Source: an uncultured Eubacteriales bacterium (GTDB lineage: Bacteria > Bacillota > Clostridia > Oscillospirales > Acutalibacteraceae). Taken from it: 64,000 nt of DNA. Below, piece after piece: positions 9,670 through 17,873 of this stretch (its first letter is position 1; each line of letters opens with the position of its first letter). Below the pieces are notes generated by a model. That model worked only from the letters and a program-made list of their open reading frames with translations. It made no database searches and had not been told where the DNA came from. The stretch spans positions 14,556 to 78,555 of the forward strand of contig CAZRHF010000001.1 of the NCBI GenBank assembly GCA_964599835.1, in the 5' to 3' direction. The position numbers were made by a program, and so were the translations under genes.

Positions 9670-10668
9670 TTAAATTCCCCAGGATTTTGGTACGTATATA
9701 TTATTATATGTAAGTATTGCGAAATGATCGGTCATACCGGCGATATAATCGGTAACGGCGCGCTCGGTTCCCTCTTCGTTAGCGATGACAGAAAACTCTG
9801 CCGGCATTTTGTGAGGATTATTCATAAAATAGGTAAACAATCCTTCAATTATACCGTCGACCTTGGATTCTTCGGATTTTGCCTTTGGGTTTCGGTAAAC
9901 GTTATCAAACAGGAAGGTGTGTAGAGTTTCGAAGGCCTGCTCGATCTCCGGGGCCATCTTAGCCCTGTCGTCGGTATTTTCAATGACCGAGCGGACGAGG
10001 GTCGATATTCTGTCGCTTTTTGTCGTACCAAGGGCAAGTTTTATATCGAAAGGAATATCGTCTGAGTAAATTATATCTCCGCGAACTGCATCGTCGATAT
10101 CGTGATTTATGTAGGCGATCCGGTCGGAAAGTCGGACTATCTGACCTTCAAGAGTTTCAGGCCAGGAGCCCTTTGTGTGATTAAGTATTCCGTCAAGCAC
10201 CTCAAAGGTGAGATTAAGCCCCTTAAGATTCTTTTCAAGACGATCACAGACACGGACACTTTGCTCGTAATGAGTGAATCCAAACGAGGTAAGCTTATCA
10301 AGTGCTCTCTCCCCTGCGTGACCGAAGGGAGTATGTCCAAGATCGTGTCCCATTGCAATAGCCTCGGCAAGATCCTCGTTAAGACGAAGGGCTCTGGTAA
10401 TTGTGCGGGCTATCTGCGATACCTCAAGCGTATGGGTCATTCGTGTACGGTAATGGTCGGATTCTGGTGAAAGAAAAACTTGAGTTTTGTGCTTAAGACG
10501 GCGAAAGGATTTACTGTGAATAATGCGGTCACGGTCTCGTTGAAAATCGGTACGGATGTCATCCTTTGGCTCAGGTCTTTTTCTGCCCTTTGTGTCAGCC
10601 GAACAAAAGGCTTTCTCGGATAATATTTGCTTTTCGATCTGCTCGGTTGTTTCGCGAACGGTAATCAA
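9670..10668 (-). CDS. dGTP triphosphohydrolase-like HD-domain protein
   Basis: HSKSFRRLKHKTQVF..RTRMTHTLEVSQIAR..GHDLGHTPFGHAGE. TTG start with AGGGGTGA SD. Confidence 0.85.
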   Translation of the reverse strand: MITVRETTEQIEKQILSEKAFCSADTKGRKRPEPKDDIRTDFQRDRDRIIHSKSFRRLKHKTQVFLSPESDHYRTRMTHTLEVSQIARTITRALRLNEDLAEAIAMGHDLGHTPFGHAGERALDKLTSFGFTHYEQSVRVCDRLEKNLKGLNLTFEVLDGILNHTKGSWPETLEGQIVRLSDRIAYINHDIDDAVRGDIIYSDDIPFDIKLALGTTKSDRISTLVRSVIENTDDRAKMAPEIEQAFETLHTFLFDNVYRNPKAKSEESKVDGIIEGLFTYFMNNPHKMPAEFSVIANEEGTERAVTDYIAGMTDHFAILTYNNIYVPKSWGI

Positions 10669-10725
10669 TAAATCACCCCTTCGTATTATTATATAGACAA
10701 AAAAGCTTTTAAAACCTTTATTTTT

Positions 10726-11355
10726 TTAAAAAATTATTTGTTTTGTGTATTTTTCTCCCTTTTTCACGGCCGAAAGGGTGGAAAAGAACCTATCGGTCAG
10801 GGCGTTCAGGAATTCGGTTTCGCTTTCCTTAGCGACAGAAAACAATATTTTGACCCTATCCTCGAACAAGGTCTCCTCAACGTTTCCGCTGAATTCCTCT
10901 ATCAGCTTTTCGAGAGACTGATAATTTGAATAATCGCTCGTTACCTCAAAGCAGACTCCGGGCACCATAAGATATTTATTGGCAAGATCGAGAGTGTCCT
11001 TTGCCGCTTTCTGATAGGCCCGGACAAGGCCGCCGGTACCGAGAAGGATTCCGCCGAAATATCTTGTGACGACAACAGTTACATCTTTAAGTTCAAAGCC
11101 ATTAATAACGTCGAGGATGGGTTTACCGGCAGTTCCGTGCGGTTCTCCGTCATCGGAATATCTGGTTCGTCCTTCGGCATTCAGCACGTAGGCATAGCAG
11201 TTGTGTCTTGCGTCGCTGTGAAGGGAACGTATCTTATTAACGAAGGCGACCGCCTCTTCATCGGTAACAGTATGAGCAACGTAGCCGATAAAACGGGAAT
11301 GCTTTTCGGTGAACTGTGTCGTCGTTTCTTCAATTATAGTCTTATAGGTGTCCAA
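10726..11355 (-). CDS. YigZ/IMPACT family protein
   Basis: KHSRFIGYV..DARHNCYAYV..SDDGEPHGTAGKPIL..VVVTRYFGGILLGTGGLVRAY. The ORF-track start at 11400 lies inside the rpmE terminator hairpin, so I prefer the TTG at 11355. The start remains uncertain. Confidence 0.75.
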   Translation of the reverse strand: MDTYKTIIEETTTQFTEKHSRFIGYVAHTVTDEEAVAFVNKIRSLHSDARHNCYAYVLNAEGRTRYSDDGEPHGTAGKPILDVINGFELKDVTVVVTRYFGGILLGTGGLVRAYQKAAKDTLDLANKYLMVPGVCFEVTSDYSNYQSLEKLIEEFSGNVEETLFEDRVKILFSVAKESETEFLNALTDRFFSTLSAVKKGEKYTKQIIF

Positions 11356-11379
11356 GAATAATCCCACCAAACTTAAAAT

Positions 11380-11414
11380 ATAAAGAAAAACCGCAACCAC
11401 AAATGTGGTTGCGG
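11380..11414 (-). terminator. rho-independent terminator after rpmE
   Basis: 10-bp stem CCGCAACCAC/GTGGTTGCGG (11391-11400 / 11405-11414), followed on the minus strand by TTTTTCTTT. Confidence 0.7.
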
Positions 11415-11430
11415 CAGATAAATTTGCAGA

Positions 11431-11628
11431 TTAGAGACCGAAACGCTTATTGAATCTGTCGACGCGTCCGCCGGTATCAACGAGCTTCTGCTTTCCGGTG
11501 AAGAAGGGGTGACACTTCGAGCAAATGTCTAAGCGGATGTCCTTCTTGGTGGAGCAGGTTTCGAATTCTGCGCCGCAAGCACATCTGATAACTGTTTTTT
11601 CATAATTCGGGTGAATGCCCTGTTTCAT
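11431..11628 (-). CDS. rpmE: 50S ribosomal protein L31
   Basis: [37 protein letters not shown]. Start moved to MKQGIHP with AAGGAG SD. A likely TTGCAT-17-TATTAT promoter lies upstream. Confidence 0.95.
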   Translation of the reverse strand: MKQGIHPNYEKTVIRCACGAEFETCSTKKDIRLDICSKCHPFFTGKQKLVDTGGRVDRFNKRFGL

Positions 11629-11705
11629 GCATAAACACTCCTTTCTTTGCACATAAACTCTATAACGAATGATATAATATCATAACTGTCGGCAAAATGC
11701 AAGCA

Positions 11706-12314
11706 TTATTTTTTAAAATCAAAGAAATTTTTAATTTTTTCGAAAATTTCAACGGTTTTAAATTTGACCGTATACTTTTTACCTCCGTACGCGAGATCGG
11801 AAGACTTATCCGATAAGGTCGTATCGAGACTGTCCGAACAAGCACCTACGCAAACTCTGGGAAAAATTACACACCACCAGTTTTGTCCTTTACCCTCACC
11901 TATAGTAAAGACAGCAGTCTTGTAGCTTCCTGCCGGAAGGGTAAAATCATCATATTCTCTCGTTTCGAAAAATTCCTCACGGAATTCTAAAGAAACGCCG
12001 TAATCGTAACCGTTCTCAAGGACAGCATCTTTTGCCGCAGAAAGCAGACAATCAAGATTCTCCTGCGTTTCATCGACGGCAAGCTCGTAGCTGGTGCAAT
12101 CGGAATAAATATTCTTCGAAGCGGCCAGCACCGAATCTCTTATCTTAAGCTTAAGCGCTTGATCGGCATCAGAATCCGAATTTGCGAGTATCCTTATCCT
12201 TATTATATTATCGTACATTTCTTCGCAGGAATCGGCAAAACCTACCATAGAAAAAAGCATACAAAATATTAAAGCAGAAATCAGCGAAAGATCGAACAGT
12301 CTTTTTTTAGCCAT
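11706..12314 (-). CDS. spoIIR: stage II sporulation protein R
   Basis: Signal/anchor helix, then IRIRILANSDSDADQALKLKIRDSVL..GQNWWCVIFP. Start at MAKKRLF with AAGGAG SD. Confidence 0.8.
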   Translation of the reverse strand: MAKKRLFDLSLISALIFCMLFSMVGFADSCEEMYDNIIRIRILANSDSDADQALKLKIRDSVLAASKNIYSDCTSYELAVDETQENLDCLLSAAKDAVLENGYDYGVSLEFREEFFETREYDDFTLPAGSYKTAVFTIGEGKGQNWWCVIFPRVCVGACSDSLDTTLSDKSSDLAYGGKKYTVKFKTVEIFEKIKNFFDFKK

Positions 12315-12365
12315 AACAAAACTCCTTTTAATCTTTGAGTTAAGTTTTGACAAAAAAATCAGGCT

Positions 12366-13214
12366 TTAAACAAATAAAACGCCCTGCGGGACAGAACTGA
12401 CTGCGAAGGCTTCGATTCCTGCCGCCTTAAGATATGATTCGGCATTTTCCGCAGAAGCGGTATCGGAAAAGAGGGCACATACGGTAGGGCCCGATCCGCT
12501 AAGGAAGACCTTAAGGGGCGAAAGCGGAGCGATCGGAGCGGAAAGCTTTTCCATATCCCAGCAGGCTTCAAAAGAATTGAATATTCCGCTTGAAAAAAGC
12601 ACGGGATCGTCGGAAGCGAGCTTGCTTATGAATGTATCTATATCACCGTGACGGGCATTTTCCCGTTCGTCGAGAAGGTTATACATTGCACCGGTCGACT
12701 GTTTAAAATGTGTTTTAAACAGTACCATATTCACGCAAGCATCCCGAATCTTCGTAAGCCTTTCACCTATTCCCTGTGCCTTTACAGTTCCACCAACAAG
12801 AAAGAAAGGTACGTCGGCACCCAGTTTTGCCGCTATGGGTATAAGCTCTTCTGTAGAAAGATCTGCCTTAGTCGCTTCGTTCAAAAGCATAAGCACGGCG
12901 GCTGCGTCGCTGCTTCCTCCGCCAAGTCCTGCAGCAACAGGTATATTCTTAGTAATGAAGAGCCTTGCACCGCAGTCGATTTCAGTATACTCAAAGAAGC
13001 TCTTGCAGGCAAGATATGCAATATTGCTGTCTCCTGCAAGGGCTTTATCATTACAGCTCACGGCTATACCTGAGCCTACAAGTTCCAGAGAAACCTCATC
13101 GTAAAGACTCAGAGACTGCATTACCGTATTGATATCGTGATATCCGTCAGGGCGTTTAGCAACAATGTCGAGAAACAGATTGGTTTTAGCGAATGCACGC
13201 GCGGTATATATCAT
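12366..13214 (-). CDS. ispE: 4-diphosphocytidyl-2-C-methyl-D-erythritol kinase
   Basis: AFAKTNLFLDIV..RPDGYH..ITKNIPVAAGLGGGSSDAAAVL (GHMP kinase motif). Confidence 0.9.
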   Translation of the reverse strand: MIYTARAFAKTNLFLDIVAKRPDGYHDINTVMQSLSLYDEVSLELVGSGIAVSCNDKALAGDSNIAYLACKSFFEYTEIDCGARLFITKNIPVAAGLGGGSSDAAAVLMLLNEATKADLSTEELIPIAAKLGADVPFFLVGGTVKAQGIGERLTKIRDACVNMVLFKTHFKQSTGAMYNLLDERENARHGDIDTFISKLASDDPVLFSSGIFNSFEACWDMEKLSAPIAPLSPLKVFLSGSGPTVCALFSDTASAENAESYLKAAGIEAFAVSSVPQGVLFV

Positions 13215-13217
13215 TAA

Positions 13218-14390
13218 TTACTTGATTTCCTTTACAAATTCACCGATACGCTCTATAGCCGTTTTAATATGCTTAACGGAATAACAGTAGGAGGCTCGAA
13301 CAAAGCCCTCTCCTCCTCTGCCGAAGGCGGTTCCCGGAACGATCGCGATCTTTTTTGAATACAGAAGCTTTTCGCAAAATTCTTCGCTTGACATTCCGGT
13401 AGATTCGATAGACGGGAAGGCGTAGAAAGCGCCAAGCGGCTCACGGCAGGTAAGTCCGACACTGTTAAATCCGTCGACGATTATCCTTCTTCGCATATCG
13501 TATTCTTCAACCATTGCAGCAATATCGGCATCGCCGTTGCGAAGAGCTTCGATAGCGGCATACTGCGAAGTGCTGGGTGCACACATAATGGCAAACTGAT
13601 GGATCTTGGTGATCTGATCGAGTATTTCGGCCGGGCCGCAGGCATAACCCATTCTCCAGCCCGTCATTGAATATGCCTTTGAAAAACCGTTGACCGTAAC
13701 GGTGCGCTCCTTCATTCCATCGATAGAAGCGAAGGATGTGTGCGACTCACCGCCGAAGGTAAGCTCGGAATATATCTCGTCTGATACCACGATTATATTG
13801 GTATCCTTGATAACCTCAGCGATAGCCTCAAGATCATTCTTTCTCATAACTGCACCGGTGGGATTGCAGGGATACGGAAGGATCAAAATCTTGGTTTTAG
13901 GAGTTATTACTGCCTTCAGTTCTTCAGGGGTAATTCTGAATTCGTTTTCGGCCTTCGTTTCAATTATTACGGGAACTCCGCCTGCAAGTACAGTAATGGG
14001 CTCGTAGCAGACGTAGGATGGCTGAGGAATAATTACCTCGTCTCCGGGAGAAACAAGGGCGCGAACAGCACCGTCAATAGCCTCGCTCCCGCCTACGGTA
14101 ACGAGGATCTCTTTTTCAGGGTCGTAACTCACACCGTACTTTCGCAAATTGAGTTTTGCAATCTCTTCGCGAAGTGTGATAAGTCCGTGATTAGAGGTAT
14201 AGCGGGTCTTGCCATTTTCTAAAGATCGTATACCCTCACTTCTGATATGCCAAGGGGTAGGAAAATCAGGCTCTCCGACACCGAGGGATATAACGTCATC
14301 CATCTGCTCGGCAATATCGAAGAATTTTCTGATTCCCGAAGGCTTTATCCCAACAACCCGCTTATTTAAAACACTGTTGTAGTCGATCAA
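13218..14390 (-). CDS. PLP-dependent aminotransferase, class I/II
   Basis: ISLGVGEPDFPTP..YPCNPTG..NGFSKAYSMTGWRMGY (PLP-Lys motif). 4-nt overlap with the upstream Lrp gene. Confidence 0.9.
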   Translation of the reverse strand: MIDYNSVLNKRVVGIKPSGIRKFFDIAEQMDDVISLGVGEPDFPTPWHIRSEGIRSLENGKTRYTSNHGLITLREEIAKLNLRKYGVSYDPEKEILVTVGGSEAIDGAVRALVSPGDEVIIPQPSYVCYEPITVLAGGVPVIIETKAENEFRITPEELKAVITPKTKILILPYPCNPTGAVMRKNDLEAIAEVIKDTNIIVVSDEIYSELTFGGESHTSFASIDGMKERTVTVNGFSKAYSMTGWRMGYACGPAEILDQITKIHQFAIMCAPSTSQYAAIEALRNGDADIAAMVEEYDMRRRIIVDGFNSVGLTCREPLGAFYAFPSIESTGMSSEEFCEKLLYSKKIAIVPGTAFGRGGEGFVRASYCYSVKHIKTAIERIGEFVKEIK

Positions 14391-14869
14391 AGCGAGAGAG
14401 TCCCCCTATCGTCTTCGTCGTCTTCGCAAAGAATGACGTCAAGTTCTTTATATCTGCGAAGTATAAAGTGGGTAGCGGTAGATACGACTGCATCAATAGT
14501 AGAAAGCTCTTTTGCAACGAACATAGCAACCTGCTGGAAAGTCTTCGAACGCACCATTACGCAAAGATCATAACCGCCTGACATAAGGTAGACCGATTCG
14601 ACCTCGTCGTATTTCATAACGCGCTTGGCAATTTCTTCAAAGCCAAAATCGGCCTGAGGAGAAACCTTGAGCTCGATAAGTGCCGAAACTGCGGCGGTAT
14701 CTAATTTTTCCCAGTCGATTACGGTCTTATAACCACAGATAAGGCCTGCCGATTCAAGCTCGGCAATTTCTTTTTTAACGGTATTTTCGTCGCTTCCGAG
14801 CATAACCGCGAGGTCGGAAGCGTTGTATCTCGCATTTTTTCCGAGAAGCTTTAAAAGTTTAAGATTCAT
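14387..14869 (-). CDS. Lrp/AsnC family transcriptional regulator
   Basis: HTH_AsnC-like N-terminus (LLKLLGKNARYNASDLAVMLG..VKKEIAELE) plus a C-terminal AsnC_trans_reg-like domain. Confidence 0.85.
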   Translation of the reverse strand: MNLKLLKLLGKNARYNASDLAVMLGSDENTVKKEIAELESAGLICGYKTVIDWEKLDTAAVSALIELKVSPQADFGFEEIAKRVMKYDEVESVYLMSGGYDLCVMVRSKTFQQVAMFVAKELSTIDAVVSTATHFILRRYKELDVILCEDDEDDRGTLSL

Positions 14870-14929
14870 ATAAATCTACCTCCGTTTTTATTATCTTATC
14901 ATTTTTATCGCCATTATTCAAGAATTTCT

Positions 14930-14957
14930 TTGCAATTTTCTATATCTGTGTTATAAT
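14930..14957 (+). promoter_or_regulatory. sigma-A-like promoter for the ACT/UPF0210/PHP operon
   Basis: TTGCAA (14930-14935), 16-nt spacer, then TGtTATAAT (TATAAT at 14952-14957). Confidence 0.4.
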
Positions 14958-14988
14958 ATTAACAATATTTTTTATTTGAGGTGTCAAT

Positions 14989-15258
14989 ATGAGAGCAGTT
15001 GTTACCGTTGTCGGAAAGGACTCCGTAGGTATTCTTGCAAAAGTATCCGTAAAATGTGCCGAGTCCGATGTTAATATAAACGAGGTCACTCAGTCGGTTC
15101 TTGAAGATATTTTCTGTATGATAATGCTTTGCGATATTTCTAAAATGAACAAGCCCTTCGGTGAGTTTTCCGATGAAATGCAAAAGCTTGGCAGTGAGAT
15201 GGGTATGTCGGTTCACGTTATGCACGAGACCATCTTTAACTCTATGCACAGAATTTAA
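14989..15258 (+). CDS. ACT-domain protein (UPF0237-like)
   Basis: 89 aa. MRAVVTVVGKDSVGILAKVS..VNINEVTQSV. Sits immediately upstream of the UPF0210 gene, a conserved pairing. Confidence 0.8.
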   Translation: MRAVVTVVGKDSVGILAKVSVKCAESDVNINEVTQSVLEDIFCMIMLCDISKMNKPFGEFSDEMQKLGSEMGMSVHVMHETIFNSMHRI

Positions 15259-15268
15259 GGTGTAGGCT

Positions 15269-16627
15269 ATGATTAATACCCACGAAATACTTGAAACCAT
15301 AACCATGATCCAGGACGAGAACCTTGATATCCGTACCGTCACTATGGGTATATCGCTTCTCGACTGTATGGACGCAGATATCGATAAGGCTTGCGAAAAG
15401 GTATATAGCAAGATAGTTTCAACCGCACGGGATCTTGTTCCCGTATGCAAGCAGATCGAGACCGAGCTCGGAATTCCGATCATAAACAAAAGAATTTCGG
15501 TAACTCCTATCGGAATAATCGCTTCGGCCTGCAAGGATCAAAGCCCCGTTAAATTTGCTAAGACCCTTGAAAAAGCCGCATGCGAGGTTGGGGTCAACTT
15601 TATCGGCGGATATTCGGCCCTTGTTCAAAAGGGCTTTGCCGGAGCTGACGTCGCCCTTATCAACAGTATCCCCGAAGCCCTTGCCTGCACAGATCACGTT
15701 TGCGCATCGGTAAACATCGGCTCAACAAAGGCGGGTATCAATATGGATGCCGTTAAGATGATGGGAAAGATCGTTAAAGAATGTGCAGAGCTAACAAAGG
15801 ACCGTCAGTGTATAGGCGCCGCCAAGCTGGTAGTTTTTTGTAACGCTCCCGAGGATAACCCCTTTATGGCGGGTGCTTTCCACGGTGTCGGTGAGCCCGA
15901 CGTCGTAATTAACGTAGGCGTTTCGGGCCCCGGAGTTGTAAGAGCCGCTCTTGCCAAGTCCGAAGGTCTTGACCTTACCGGTGTCGCCGAGCTTATAAAG
16001 CGTACCGCATTCAAGATCACCAGGATGGGTCAGCTTGTTGCTCAGGAAGCCTCCAAGCGTCTCGGTTATCCCTTTGGTATCGTCGACCTTTCTCTTGCTC
16101 CTACCCCTGCCGTAGGCGATTCGGTTGCATACATACTTGAAGAGATAGGCCTTGAATGCTGCGGCTCCTGCGGTACTACAGCCGCCCTCGCAATGCTTAA
16201 CGATGCGGTTAAAAAGGGAGGCGTAATGGCCTCCTCCAGAGTAGGCGGTCTTTCGGGTGCGTTCATACCCGTAACCGAAGACGCAGGAATGATCCACGCC
16301 TCCACCATCGGCGCCCTTTCTATTGAAAAGCTCGAAGCAATGACGGCCGTCTGCTCGGTTGGACTCGATATGATAAATATTCCCGGTGACACGACGCCCG
16401 AAGTCATATCTGCACTTATTGCCGACGAGGCCGCAATCGGTATGGTCAATTCCAAGACTACCGCAGTTCGCGTTATACCCGCTATAGGGAAGGATGTCGG
16501 CGACACCCTCAACTTCGGCGGACTTTTAGGAGAAGGGCCCGTTATGAAAATTTCCGCCTACTCCCCCGCCAAATTTATTAACCGCGGCGGACAGATTCCC
16601 GCACCTATGCAAAGTCTTAAGAACTAA
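15269..16627 (+). CDS. UPF0210/DUF711 (PFL-like) protein of unknown function
   Basis: 452 aa. [55 protein letters not shown] is typical of the UPF0210 family as I remember it. Confidence 0.8.
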   Translation: MINTHEILETITMIQDENLDIRTVTMGISLLDCMDADIDKACEKVYSKIVSTARDLVPVCKQIETELGIPIINKRISVTPIGIIASACKDQSPVKFAKTLEKAACEVGVNFIGGYSALVQKGFAGADVALINSIPEALACTDHVCASVNIGSTKAGINMDAVKMMGKIVKECAELTKDRQCIGAAKLVVFCNAPEDNPFMAGAFHGVGEPDVVINVGVSGPGVVRAALAKSEGLDLTGVAELIKRTAFKITRMGQLVAQEASKRLGYPFGIVDLSLAPTPAVGDSVAYILEEIGLECCGSCGTTAALAMLNDAVKKGGVMASSRVGGLSGAFIPVTEDAGMIHASTIGALSIEKLEAMTAVCSVGLDMINIPGDTTPEVISALIADEAAIGMVNSKTTAVRVIPAIGKDVGDTLNFGGLLGEGPVMKISAYSPAKFINRGGQIPAPMQSLKN

Positions 16628-16648
16628 CCTGTTACGGAGGGAATGTGA

Positions 16649-17671
16649 ATGAGACATTCTTTTATCTCTAAAGAAACTAACCAGTTCCGTGCTAATCTCC
16701 ACTGTCACAGCACCTTGTCTGACGGTCATCTTACCCCTCAGGAACTCAAGGACGCGTATAAGAAAGAGGGATATTCGATACTGGCCATTACCGACCACGA
16801 GGTGCCTAAAAATCATTCGAATATGACAGAGCCCGACTTTCTTATGCTTACTGGATATGAAGCGTATATAAGAAACAACTCCGGCGGTTGGTACGATAAG
16901 TTTGCACCCGAGTTGCATTTGAATCTGTTTGCCAAGGATCCGGACAATGAATCGAGTGTTTGTTTTAACGACAAATACTGCAAGTATGTTAAAGATCCTG
17001 CTGTAAAAGAAGCATTTAAAAAGGTAGGCAGCAACCGCACAAGAGAATATACTGTAGAATATGTTAATGAATTTATACAAACTGCGATAGAAAGCGGCTA
17101 CCTGGTTTCCTACAATCACCCCGTATGGTCTCTGGAGACGGAAGAAAGAATTTTTTCCTACAAAAACTTTTTCAGCCTTGAGATCGACAATTACAGCTCC
17201 TGGCAGTTAAACGGGCTTGAATACTCCGGTGCTTTATACGACAAGCTTCTTTCCCGAGGCACACGCTGTTTTTGCCACGGCGGCGACGACAATCATAACG
17301 GACATCCTCTGAATGATGTGTATTCAGATTCTTTTGGAGCTTATACAATGATTCTGGCAGACAGCCTTACTTATTCGGCTGTTATACGGGCTATGGAGCA
17401 GGGAGAAATGTACTCCTCCACCGGTCCGCGTATCAATGAGCTTTATATAGACGAGGATATTATCCATATTGAAACTTCTCCCTCAAAAAGGATTATTATT
17501 TTTGACGGCGGAAAATCTCCCAAACGGTTGTTTGCAGATCACGGTGAAACAATAACCTCCGCTGATCTGAAGTTCGATCCAAAAGCAAAATTTTTCCGTG
17601 TTGCGGTAATCGACGAAAACGGAAAGATCGCCTCCAGCAGAGGCTATTTCCGCGACGAGTGGGAGTGTTGA
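16649..17671 (+). CDS. PHP-domain (polymerase/histidinol-phosphatase-like) metallohydrolase
   Basis: ANLHCHSTLSDGHLTPQEL..GYSILAITDHE N-terminal PHP motifs. GGAGGG SD. 21-nt gap to the upstream gene. Confidence 0.7.
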   Translation: MRHSFISKETNQFRANLHCHSTLSDGHLTPQELKDAYKKEGYSILAITDHEVPKNHSNMTEPDFLMLTGYEAYIRNNSGGWYDKFAPELHLNLFAKDPDNESSVCFNDKYCKYVKDPAVKEAFKKVGSNRTREYTVEYVNEFIQTAIESGYLVSYNHPVWSLETEERIFSYKNFFSLEIDNYSSWQLNGLEYSGALYDKLLSRGTRCFCHGGDDNHNGHPLNDVYSDSFGAYTMILADSLTYSAVIRAMEQGEMYSSTGPRINELYIDEDIIHIETSPSKRIIIFDGGKSPKRLFADHGETITSADLKFDPKAKFFRVAVIDENGKIASSRGYFRDEWEC

Positions 17672-17696
17672 GAGCGGATCAAATTCAGTTATACCT

Positions 17697-17732
17697 AAAA
17701 GCACGCTCAAATTTGAGCGTGCTTTTATAATA
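17697..17732 (+). terminator. rho-independent terminator after the PHP gene
   Basis: Perfect hairpin AAAAGCACGCTCAAA/TTTGAGCGTGCTTTT (17697-17726) followed by TTTTAT. Confidence 0.75.
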
Positions 17733-17873
17733 ACGAAGATTTTCTTTACGCTATGATTATTCTTTCCTATAACAAAATCAAGACATTTCGTTTACAACCA
17801 GTTAACAACAAAGCAGTTAAAATGTGTTAAAATTGGTAAAAATAAAATCGTAAACACTTTAAAGGAGTTATTT

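Noticed and set aside
17744-17821. 25-codon plus-strand ORF (MIILSYNKIKTFRLQPVNNKAVKMC) in the 200-nt gap upstream of the ABC gene, considered as a leader peptide.
   Set aside because: There is no SD-like sequence upstream, no associated attenuator structure, and no compositional signal.
17789-17856. Series of GTTAA/GTAAA motifs at roughly 10-15-nt spacing (17801, 17816, 17826, 17836, 17850) plus GTTTAC...GTAAAC upstream of the ABC transporter. I considered these as response-regulator direct repeats.
   Set aside because: The region is very AT-rich, the motifs are short and irregularly spaced, and no two-component system is encoded nearby. They cannot be distinguished from chance without comparative data.
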